NCBI GenBank assembly: GCA_002269645.1
Contig: NIVC01000968.1
Location: forward strand, 21,455-85,454
DNA: 64,000 nucleotides
DNA from: Macrostomum lignano
Lineage: Eukaryota
Reading direction: 5' to 3'
Shown: positions 26,801-38,800 of the stretch, one piece after another
Layout: the number at the start of each line of letters is the position of its first letter
Position numbering within the stretch: position 1 is the first letter of the stretch
Notes under the pieces: generated by a model
The model's database searches: none
The model's input: the letters and a program-made list of their open reading frames with translations, nothing else
What the model was told of the DNA's origin: nothing
Position numbers and translations under genes: made by a program

Positions 26801-29800
26801 CTACCAGGTGCTGGTCTTTCACCAGGGAAATTTAAACGGTGAGTTGTTCTCTGTGACCATTGTGGTGAGACTAACTAATCTTCATGTTCCGATCCTGAGA
26901 GTCAGCTGTAACACAGATGCTGAGGGTGAGCAGTCTCACAGATGCTGAGGGTGAGCAGTCTCAGATGCTGAGGGTGAGCAGTCTCAGATGCTGAGTGAGG
27001 GTGAGCAGTCTCACAGATGCTGAGGGTGAGCAGTCTCAGATGCTGAGTGAGGGTGAGCAGTCTCTCAGATGCTGAGGGTGAGCAGTCTCACAGATGCTGA
27101 GGGTGAGCAGTCTCACAGATGCTGAGGGTGAGCAGTTTCACAGATGCTGATGGTGAGCAGTCTCACAGATGCTGATGGTGAGCAGTCTCACAGATGCTGA
27201 GGGTGAGCAGTCTCACAGATGCTAAGGGTGAGCAGTCTCACAGATGCTGAGGGTGAGCAGTCTCACAGATGCTGAGGGTGAGCAGTCTCACAGATGCTGA
27301 TGGTGAGCAGTCTCACAGATGCTGAGGGTGAGCAGTCTCACAGATGCTAAGGGTGAGCAGTCTCACTGATACTGAGGGTGAGCAGTCATAGTGGTTGATA
27401 AATACATTGAATGACTATAATAACACTTTAGACTTTAATTAGCCTATATATAATCTTCATCACCAACTGTATCCAGAGGTTGCAATGCCGTCGCAGCAGT
27501 ACTATCTGAACCTGAATGACAAAACCAAAGCTACGCTGGATACGCAGACGTCCCGTCTAACTGCCAGAGAGCTTGGCGAAGTTGAAGTGTCGCTTTACGA
27601 TCGAAGTAAGTGCATTAATTTGTTATACGCTATATTGGAGTTATTGAGAGATTTAAAAAGTTCTACACTTCAGACTGCTCATCAGTAGAAATGCAGGAGT
27701 ATTATTGCGCTTTGCACACCTGTACCGCCAGACATCGAGGAGACTGAGACATTCAAACGGCCCAAATCAATCGTGAGCATTGTTGAGCCCAGCTACCTGA
27801 CCTTCACCGCCCTGCCTGGCAGGCGCTGGGTTCTGGACACCACCAGAGCCTACACAGTCATCATTGATATCTTCGATCGGAATAGTCATCGAATTTGGCC
27901 GTCAGACGATCTCAGACTCAAGGCGGTATTTCCAACCGACCGGCTGCGCGTGCTCGAGTCCAGCAGCAATGGCACCTGGCATCTGGTGCAGCCGCTGCGC
28001 CCCGGGCCCTGTTTGATCACCGCTTCGCTGGCTGCCATCCAGACACCAGACGGTGTTCGACACGAACTGCCGGCGCCTGTCACGGGCAGTCAAGAGGTAT
28101 CATGTGGCGATTTTATTATTACCTAGAAGTTGTACAAAAAGTCATATCTGATTAACCATTGGGTTTCCCTGGTTTCTTTTCCGTAGATGTGACTTTTCGA
28201 GACACAGTGTACATGTCTGACGATTAGAAAGTCAGGGCTGTTGTTCATCCTATGTGAGCGTGTGTGTGTGTGTGTGTGAGAGAGTGCGTGTCTGCGCACA
28301 GTATTGGCGCGCTTGAGCGTAGATTGCTTCAGCGTAGATTATGGGGCGATGTCGTCGAAGGCGTTACGCCAGGGTGCCCACAGCTCTCTTGCAAATATTT
28401 ATGCTAAATATAGTGGGTTGATATTGCCCGGAAGTTAAGAAAAGTTAGCCGCGGTTAGCACACAGTTGTTATGACACTCTACAACGTCAGCATCGTAGAA
28501 ATTGTATGCAGTCAATGGCTGCACACCTAGTCAACCATCTTACTGTAGGTCAGATGTACTATTAACTACTTGTTTATACAATAGAGAATAAAGTTCAATA
28601 GATAGTTTCTTCCCGCCTGAAATCGCCGTCCGGATGTTCCATTGGTTTACCAGAACTACCCTGCCTCCTCTGACTTCAGGTTGAGATTTACGACCCCGTG
28701 TCGGTGCTGCCCGAGCGCGTTGTCCTGCCATGGACCCTGTTTGCCGCTTCTGCAGCGGCTTCTGCATCAACAGGAACTCTGGGCGCCTCTTCCGCATTGC
28801 CTGGCAGCTCGGCCGCATCCTCGTCCGTCGACGCGTCGACAGCCTCCGGCTTGGCGGCTTCCTCGACTGTCGCCGCTGGCGCTGGCGGCGTCGTCGCCGA
28901 TGCTTCTCCGTCGGCTTGCCGGCTGCAGGCAACCGGCGGCAGCGGCGAGTACAGCTGGCTGAGCAGCAACGCTAGTGCTGTTGTTGTCAGCAGCCGCGGT
29001 GTCGTCACCGCAATGTCCATCGGCCAAGCCGTGGTCACCGCCGCCGACGTGCGCAATACCGACAACGCCGCCCGATCGGAGATTGTTGTCGCCCAGCCCA
29101 CCGGCATGGCCTTCCTGCCGGCCACTGTGGAGGCTGAGATCGGCGCTACCCTCCGCCTGCCCATTGCGCTGTACTCCGGCCGCGACCCCATGTGCAGCTG
29201 CTCGCACGCGCCAATCGATCTGGCATTCGAAGACGACGCCGCCGTATTCGAAATCGTTGCCGGCCTCGAGCAACAATTGTCGGCTAATTGTCGCGATTGC
29301 GCCGAGCACGGTTGCGCAACCGTTGTTGTGCGCGCCCTGCGCAAAGGCTTCAGCCGGTTGGTCGCGCGCTACCGCGGCGCTCAATTGTCGGCTTCGTCGT
29401 CATCTTCATCTTCCTCAGGAGCCCCGGCGTCAATCTCAGCCGAAGTGATGCTGGGAGCATTCAAACCGCTCCGACCGCTGGCTAGCAGCTTCGTGGTGTC
29501 GCTTGGCGCCATGGAGACGGTGGAATATCGCGGCGGACCGCAGCCGTGGGTGCTGGACCCGGCCACGTACCGGGTGGAGCTGAGCCCAGCTGGCGACGGC
29601 AGCAAGCAGTCTGTTGAAACGGTTCCGTCTAAGGATCAGCACACTGGCAGGTCGGCGTTTGTTGTCCGATGCGTTGAACTGGGCGAATTCCAGCTAGCAC
29701 TGAGCGTGAGCAACCTGCCAAGTGCCAAGAATAAATTCCCGGCTAAACGGTCTGTTCAGGTGAGTGGCGATAAAAGTTGCGCGCTACTGTTAGTAGGAAT

Positions 29801-32800
29801 GGTGTCCATTGCAGTCATTTTCGTAAAAAATACTATATTAGAAATAATACAATGAATGGTTTTTAATATCGAAATTTGGTTCGGGTAGATATTGGACTGA
29901 AACTACCCCGGACTGAAACTACCCCGGACTGAAACTACCCCGGACTGAAACTACCCCGGCCTGAAACTACCCCGGACTGAAACTACCCCGGACTGAAACT
30001 ACCCCGGACTGAAACTACCCCGGACTGAAACTACCCCGGACTGAAACTACCCCTGACTGGAACTACCCCGGACTGGAACTACCACTGATTAAAACTACCT
30101 CTAACTGAAAATACCCCGGACTGAAACTACCTCTGACTGAAACTACCACTGAATGAAACTACCTCTGACTGAAAATACCCCGGACTGAAACTACCACTGA
30201 ATTAAACTACCCCTGACTGAAACTACCACTGAATAAAACTACCTCTGACTGAAAATACCCCGGACTGAAACTACCTCTGACTGAAACTACCCCTTACTGA
30301 AACTACCACTGAATGAAACTACCTCTGACTGAAACTAGCTCTGACTGAAACTACCCCTGACTGAAACTACCACTGAATGAAACTACCTCTGACTGAAAAT
30401 ACCCCTGACTGAAACTACCACTGAATGAAACTACCTCTGACTGAAAATACCCCGGACTGAAACTACCTCTGACTGAAACTACCCCTGACTGAAACTACCA
30501 CTGAATGAAACTACCTCTGACTGAAACTACCCCTGACTGAAACTAGCTCTGACTGAAACTACCACTGAATGAAACTACCTCTGACTGAAAATACCCCGGA
30601 CTGAAACTACCACTGAATGAAACTACCCCTGACTGAAACTACCGCTGAATGAAACTACCTCTGACTGAAAATACCCCGGACTGAAACTACCTCTGACTGA
30701 AACTACCCCTTACTGAAACTACCACTGAATGAAACTACCTCTGACTGAAAATACCCCTGACTGAAACTACCACTGAATGAAACTACCTCTGACTAAAAAA
30801 ATACCCCGGACTGAAACTACCCCTGACTGAAACTACCTCTGACTGAAACTACCACTGAATGAAACTACCTCTGACTGAAAATACCCCTGACTGAAACTAC
30901 CACTGAATGAAACTACCTCTGACTGAAAATGCCCCGGACTGAAACTACCTCTGACTGAAAATGCCCCGGACTGAAACTACCTCTGACTGAAACTACCCCT
31001 GACTGAAACTACCACTGAATGAAACTACCTCTGACTGAAAATACCCCGGACTGAAACTACCTCTGACTGAAACTACCCCTGACTGAAACTACCACTGATG
31101 AAACTACCTCTGACTGAAACTACCCCTGACTGAAACTACCACTGATGAAACTACCTCTGACTGAAAATACCCCGGACTGAAACTACCACTGAATGAAACT
31201 ACCTCACCCTTACTGTGTCAGACGAAAGTCAGAAAGTCAGACGAACCCCACACCTTGTAAAATTATATAGGCACACACCTACATCTAAATTCTTTAATCA
31301 ATCCCCATCCGATGTATTCGTTCAGGTGAGCTTCGTATGCGCAGTACCAACTAGCCTGCGCCTGCAGCCTCTGCTCAACCTGCCAACCAGGCCTGGCCTG
31401 CCGCCCTGTCCCGCCGTACTAGAAGATCTATCCCTCCCCGTGCCTGTTCACAATTATCGGCCTGTATCGCTGCGTCTGGCTGCCCTGGATGCCGAGGGTC
31501 GCCAATTCACTAGTCTGGCCAGTCTGGCCGTGACTGTCTCTACCAGCGATTCCCAAGTGGCCACCGCGGCCGTTGCCGACGATTCGACGCCTGTGCCGTT
31601 GATTCGCGTGCAGCCGAATAATAAGAATGCCACGGTGCAGGTGAGTCTTAGATAGCTAGTTTGGGCACTGACTGACAGGTGAGAGATGGCTAATTGGGGC
31701 ACTGACTGACAGGTGAGGGATGACTAATTAAAGCACTGACTGACAGGTAAGGGATGGCTAATTGGGGCACTGACTGACAGGTGAGGGATGACTGATTAGG
31801 GCACTGACTGACAGGTGAGGGATGGCTAATTAGGGCACTGACTGACAGGTGAGGGATCACTGATTAGGGCACTGACTGACAGGTGAGGGATGACTAATTA
31901 GAGCACTGACTGACAGGTGAGGGATCACTGATTAGGGCACTGACTGACAGGTGAGGGATGACTGATTAGGGCACTGACTGACAGGTGAGGGATGACTAAT
32001 TAGAGCACTGACTGACAGGTAAGGGATGGCTAATTGGGGCACTGACTGACAGGTGAGGGATGACTGATTAGGGCACTGACTGACAGGTGAGGGATGGCTA
32101 ATTAGGTCACTGACTGATCACTGACTGGTCACTTAGGTCGGATGACTGATTAGGGCACTGACTGACAGGTGAGGGATGGCTAATTAGGTCACTGACTGAC
32201 AGGTGATCACTGATCACTGATTAGGGCACTGACTGACAGGTGATCACTGATCACTGATTAGGGCACTGACTGACGGGTGAGGGATGGCTAATTAGGGTTA
32301 GGGCACTGACTGACAGGTGAGGGATGAATAATTAAGGCACTGACTGACAGGTGAGGGATGGCTAATTAAGGCACTGACTGACAGGTGAGGGATGTCTAAT
32401 TAAGGCACTGACTGACAGGTGAGGGATGGCTAATTAGGGCACTGACTAACAGGTGAGGGATGGCTAATTAGGGCACTTACTGACAGGTGAGGGATGGCTA
32501 ATTAGGGCAATGAGTGACAGGTGAGGTGAGAGATGACTAATTACGGCACTGACTGACAGGTAATGGATGAAGAATCTCAGTAAGATCAGAGTTGTTCCGC
32601 TTACTACCTTGCAGATAACGGTGACTCTGTCGGGCTATAAGACCGCCTATCGCGAATGGACATCGACAGTAAAGCAGCCACCTGTATCGGCCAGCGCCCA
32701 GCTGCGCACGGCGGGAGACGCGACAGCCCAGCCCGGCCAGCTGATCAGCTACTACGGCAGGGGCCGGGCGTCCGCCTACCTGGCCGATGGTAGCGGGCAT

Positions 32801-35800
32801 TTTTACGCTACAGCCGCGGATCAGATTGGCACATCGGGCTCGGCGCCAACAATACAAGGCCGATTTTTAACAGCCGGCAGCGAGCGGGAGACCGAATCAA
32901 CTGTGACAGTGTACGATCTGTGCATGGACCGGGTCACGCCATTGGAGGTGCCGTTACTGGTTGTGGCGCTGCGCTCGCTGCGGCTGATCATGGAGGATCG
33001 CCTGCCGTTGGGCGGCCGCGAGACCGGCTCGCTCAGCCTGCTGGGTAGGGGAGACAGGCCAATTCCTACGCGGCTCATTATGGATGCGGGACTGCCGCTT
33101 AGCCTGCGATCGGAGCCGCCGGGACTTGTTAGCGTGGCGTTCGATGCCGCCGCGTCCAAGGCCAGCAACGAAGGCGTGGGAGTTGTCAGCGCAACCGGCG
33201 ATGCGGTCGGAGTGGCCCGGGTTCAAGCCGAGTGCCAGGGGGTGCGCAGCAACTGGGCTCAGGTGTCAGTTTATCCGCCTCTCCGTCTGCGCCCAGCTAA
33301 TGTCACCCTGCTGGTTGGCAGCCAGCTGCAGCTGCAGGCTGTTGGCGGCCCGCCTGCTGCGGCGCTTCGCTTCTCGGCTCTGCTCGATGGAGCCAGCCGG
33401 CGATTCGGATCGGCCGCCGTGGCCGCCGTGTCCCAGGCCGGTCTGGTTGACGCCACCGCCGAGGGTCGGGTTCAGGTTCGTAATCTGGTGTCGCTATGAA
33501 AGTCGCATTTTTAAGGCTCGAGAGTTATAGGAACTCCAAGGATTTTGGAATTATGGGAAAAGTTTGAAGGCTCACTGTAAGAAATTTTTGTCACATCGAA
33601 CGGCTCCATTCTCACAGCTTCAACTTCACATAGCTCCAACGTCACATCTCCAATCTCACTTCTGTTGTGCTTTTGGCTTTTAGCCTTTAGCAATTGTCAG
33701 TCTAGCGGTCTGCTGACCTCTGACGCGTCTATTATTTATTTCATAACTCAATTGCATGGTTCAATTCATCAACGCAGTCGCGTAACAAAAATGTCTATGG
33801 CAAAGCCATCAACCCACAACACCCTCCCTCTTCTATAGGTAGGTGTACAATTATCACTCAGGTGCGATAAAAAATTCTAGTTTTCTTGGCCAAGCGTTCG
33901 CTTCGCCTGGGTGACGGCTTGGATTGAACTCCAACCTCAGTCTGTTGCTGTTGTGCTCTCTCAGCTTGTTCTGTTCCCGGTAGTATCTCAGTGTCTGTCG
34001 ATGACGGACGCGTCTGTTGGCCGTCGTCACTTGGACTGCTGCCACCGGGCTTGGAATTCCCCATTTCCGTAGTTCCGTGAGCCTCATGTACCTCACCGAT
34101 TCGTAGTTGATCGAGGTGGGTCTTTAGATTTCGTCCAGTCTCTGTGGTGACGACTGCTGTGTTGCTGCCAAGCATTTTGGCGAATCTCACAGTTCGTGGC
34201 TCATGAGAACTCGATGCACGGTAGATGAGTGATTCTCCTGGGATCCACTTGGACTGAGTGCTGCTCTCCGAGATGGGGAGTCTTATTTGTCTGCCGTTCA
34301 ACAACTCGGACGGTGATGCTTGCTGCTTCCCTTTGGCAGCTCTGTAGAACAGTAGAAATCTGTCAATACTTCTTTGGGATAAACCATTGGTCTTGATTGT
34401 CTCTTTGACGGTTCGCACCATTCGCTCTGCAATGCCGTTGCTCTGTGGATGGTAGGCGGGCGTTGTGATGTGCGAACAGCCAATCTGGGTGAGCCAGCCG
34501 GTCACCGCTTCGCTCACAAAACTAGGGCCGTTGTCTGACACGAGACACTTGGGCACCCCCTGTTGTGAGAACAATCTTCTAAGTCTGGAAATGACTGTGT
34601 CGGCCTTCATGTCGCTCGTGATGAAGACTTCCGGGTAGCTCGAGTGCGCATCCACAATGATGAGTAGGTACGAGTACTTGCCCTCTATCGGACCGGCAAA
34701 ATCAATGTGCACTCGCTCCCAGGGGTTGTCAGGTTCTGGCCACGAGTGCCGAAAGTTCTTATTTCTGGACTTGTACGCGTTGCACACGTTGCATCGTCCA
34801 ATGTAGTCAGCGATGTCACGGTCCATCTGTGGCCACCAGAACTGTTCCCTCAAAATTGACTTTGACTTTTCCACCCCAAGGTGCGTTGAGTGTACAGCTG
34901 CCAGGGCAGTTTCTCTCAGGACACGAGGCAATACAATTCTGTTCATTCTGTAAATAATTCCATCATTGACAGTTAGTTCATCTTGAACCTTTGAGTAGCT
35001 GAGTAGGTGTGGGTCGTCAAATAGATTATTGTTAATTATGGCTGCGCCCAGGCATCTGAACTCCGGGTCCTCTCTGGTTGCGTGTGCAATGCGATCCAGC
35101 TGAATTACTCCCGGGTTGTCAGCTTCGAGGAGTCCGATCGATGCTGTCTGTGCATTCGGCTTAGCGGGCACCAGTCGAGATAGCGCATCCGACAGCATTA
35201 GCTTTGATGGTCGATACTGTATGACATAGTCATAAGCAGCTAGCATGATTGCCCATCGTTGTAGTCGAGCTGAAACTCTGGTGGGCAGCTGTTTGTCTGG
35301 CGCGAATATGTATGTGAGGGGCCGGTGATCAGTTATCAGTGTGAACCTCCGGCCATACAAGAACCGATGGCATCTTTGAATGCACCAAACCAGTGCCAGG
35401 CCTTCACGCTCTATTTGCGAATATTTTGTTTCGGCGTCAGACAGAGTTTTGCTCATGTACAGCACGACTTGACCGCTTTGTGTCAACACTCCGCCCAGAG
35501 CTCGCTGAGAACTGTCGCATTCCAGTTCAATGGGCTTCTCCGGATCAAATATTTGAAGACTCGATTGATCAGAGAGAGTGACCTTGATTTCGTCAAATGC
35601 TATTTGACACTCCTTTGTCCACACGAAGTCCTCATTTTTCTTTCTTAGTCGATTGAGAGGCTTGGTCAGTGCAGCTAGGTTCTGATGAACTTGCCGCTAA
35701 AATTTACGAGACCTAGGAAAGATTCAAGCTCGCCAACGTTCTGCGGTGGTGTCATGTCCTGGATTGCCTTCACTTTGGCTGGGTCCGGCTTGAGCTGATC

Positions 35801-38800
35801 TCCTTCCAATAAGTAGCCTAGAAACTTGATCGAAGTCTTGCGGAATTCACTTTTCGCCGTGTTGATCTTCAATCCTTGCTGGTTTAGTCGATGCAATACT
35901 TCCGTCTCACGAACTGCCAATTGTTCTACGCCTTTGCCGCATATCAATATGTCGTCTACGTAGGCAATGACGCCAGGAATTCCTTGTAGGACTTGGCTAA
36001 TGTACCGCTGGAAGATCGCAGGTGCTGTTTTCACTCCGAACGGAAGCTTGTTGAAAGCGAACATCCGAAATGGTGTTGACATTACTGTCAGCTCTTTGGA
36101 AGCTTCATCTAGTGGGATCTGGTGATAAGCTTTCTCTAGGTCCAGACGAGTGTATATCCGGCTGCCAGCAGCAGTTGCAATCACTTCGTCAGGTGCAGGC
36201 ATCGGATATGAATCGTTGATAAGATGAGAATTGATTGTCACCTTGTAGTCGACGCAAAGTCTGAGCTTTCCAGAAGGTTTCTTGACCACGACAATTGGTG
36301 AGGCCCATTCACTGAACTTGACGGGCTTGATGGTGTCTTCTTCAAGCAACCGATCGATTTCATCCTTGACTCCCTGTCTGAGTGCGAAGGGTAGCGGCCT
36401 GGGTTTGCAATGAATTGGAGTGGTTCCTTCCTTGATCTTAAGAGTTACTGGTGGAAATTCGCATGACTGGGTTGCCGATGTGCAGCTGTTGTCTACAGCG
36501 TTTAGCGTGAAATTGAGCTTGTCTCGGCCAACCAGAACAAAGTTCCTCTGCGATTCCACAATGAAGAATGTGATTGGAATGAACTCGTCATTGTACTCCA
36601 ACTCAGTGTCGTGTGTTCCAAAGACCTTCATCTGCGTATCAGCGTATGTTGTCAGAACAGTGTCTGTAGGTGTCAGCTTTGGACAACCCAATCGTTTCCA
36701 GATCGTTTTTGACATTACCGAAACTCCTGCCCCAGTATCGATTTGTGCGTTCACGCTAAGCATCGACCCGCTCGTGTGTCTGAGCCTAACAGGCACGGTG
36801 TAGCTATCAACGGGATGTCGAATGTGAAAACAATCCTCCTGTTCAGCTTCGCTTGCATCTACAAAGCTTGTGGTCCTTGGCACACTGCAGCTCGCCTAAA
36901 TTGACCAGATGCTGACGGGCTTTTGAGCGATTTTCGGCCTTTGCCAAAACCAGTTGATTTCGTTTTGCAAACTGTTGCGAAGTGGTTTTGCATGCCACAT
37001 TTGTTGCACGTTTTTCCTTTCGCAGGACACCCTCCATTGGAGCCATGCATTGTGCCACATCTGCCACACTTGGAGCTTGTAGAGTGGGAGCCTCTGGTCA
37101 CCGATGCTGAAATTTTCATTACTTCAGAAGACTGCGGCTGACTGGTGCAACCCTTTAGTATTTGCGTTTGTGATAGGTTCTGGTGCGCCTCAGCGATGTT
37201 GATAGCTGTCTCAAACGTGAGAGTGCTGAAGTCCTGTTCCAATAACTTGCTGATGGCCACCTTGTCATTCAAACCGAATACGAGCTGATCTCTCAGTCTC
37301 TCATCTCTGGATAGGCCAAACTGACACTTGTCTGCCTGCATGCAGAGTTGCTGTGCATACTCACGAATGCTCATTGATGCCGTGCGAGTGATATGCTGGA
37401 AATTGAATCTCTCAGCCATGACGAACGTCTTTGGTTCCAGGATGCTGGCCAGTAGTTTGGTCAGTTCATCGAAGCTCTTTTCTCCCGGCTTCTTGGGAGC
37501 GGCTCGATCTGCCAATGCGTCGTACAGCTTGGTGCTGAGCTTCATCAGCAGCAGCTTGTTTTTCGTGTCGTCCTGCCAGCCGTTGAGTTCGCTGCACAGT
37601 GTGAATTGGTCCAACCACCTCTGGAAGTTCGAACTTCCATCGAGTTTTTCGATGTCAACTTGCTGTCCTCTCGATACTTGTGCGCTTGGGTTCTGCGCTG
37701 TCGCTGTTGCCGACTTTGTCGCTTGGACTGATTTCGACGAGATCGCAAGCGGTGGTGCTTTGTCGCTCGAAACCGTTTTACCAACTCCTTTAGTTGGCGA
37801 TGCTGGCGTACTTCCAGGCATTTTCGTAGCCTATGCTTGCCGACGCCACTGTTGTGCTTTTGGCTTTTAGCCTTTAGCAATTGTCAGTCTAGCGGTCTGC
37901 TGACCTCTGACGCGTCTATTATTTATTTCATAACTCAATAGCATGGTTCAATTCATCAACGCAGTCGCGTAACAAAAATGTCTATGGCAAAGCCATCAAC
38001 CCACAACAACTTCTAGCTTCAATTCCACATTGCTCCGATCTCACTCAGTTCCAAGCTCACATAGCTCTAATCTCACATTGCTCCAATCTCAAATTACTCC
38101 AATCTCACCCAGCTCCAATCTCAGCTAGGTCCAATCTTACCCTGCTCCAATCTCACTCAGCTCCAATCTCACTCAGCTCCAATCTCACCCAGCTCCAATC
38201 TCACCCAGCTCCAATCTCACCCTGCTCCAATCTTACCCTGCTCCAATCTCATTCAGCTCCAGTCTCACCCAGCTCCAATCTCAGCTAGCTCCAATTTCAG
38301 CCAGCTCCAATCTCAACCTGCTCCAATCTTACCCTGCTCCAATCTCACTCAGCTCCAATCTCACTCAGCTCCAATCTCACCCAGCTCCAATCTCACCCAG
38401 CTCCAATCTCACCCAGCTCCAATCTCACCCAGATCCAATCTCACCCTGCTCCAATCTTTCCCTGCTCCAATCTCACTCAGCTCCAGTCTCACCCAGCTCC
38501 AATCTCGGCTAGCTCCAATCTCACCCAGCTCTAATCTCAGCTAGCTCCAATTTCAGCCAGCTCCAATCTCACCCTGCTCCAATCTCACCGGGCTCCAATC
38601 TCACCCTGCTCCAATCTTACCCTGCTCCAATCTTACCCTGCTCCAATCTCACTCAGCTCCAATCTCACCCAGCTCCAATCTCAGCTAGCTCCTATCTCAC
38701 CCAGCTCCTCTTATCTCACCCAGCTCCAATCTCAGCTAGCTCCAATCTCACCCAGCTCCTCTTATCTCACCCAGCTCCAATCTCAGCTAGCTCCAGTCTC

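Larger units (their letters stand above)
33663..38008 (-). mobile_element. Ty3/Gypsy LTR retrotransposon (Mag-like), full length, in NUP210 intron 9
   Basis: 159-bp TG...CA LTRs differing at one base; 5-bp TSD ACTTC (33658-33662 and 38009-38013); PBS-like TGGCG next to the 5' LTR; PPT AGAAGAGGGAGGG next to the 3' LTR; domain order gag-PR-RT-RH-IN. Confidence 0.97.

Noticed and set aside
36859-36900. Programmed -1 gag-pol frameshift
   Set aside because: No X-XXY-YYZ heptamer in the short overlap; Mag-like elements usually have one ORF; a second identical break occurs inside pol.
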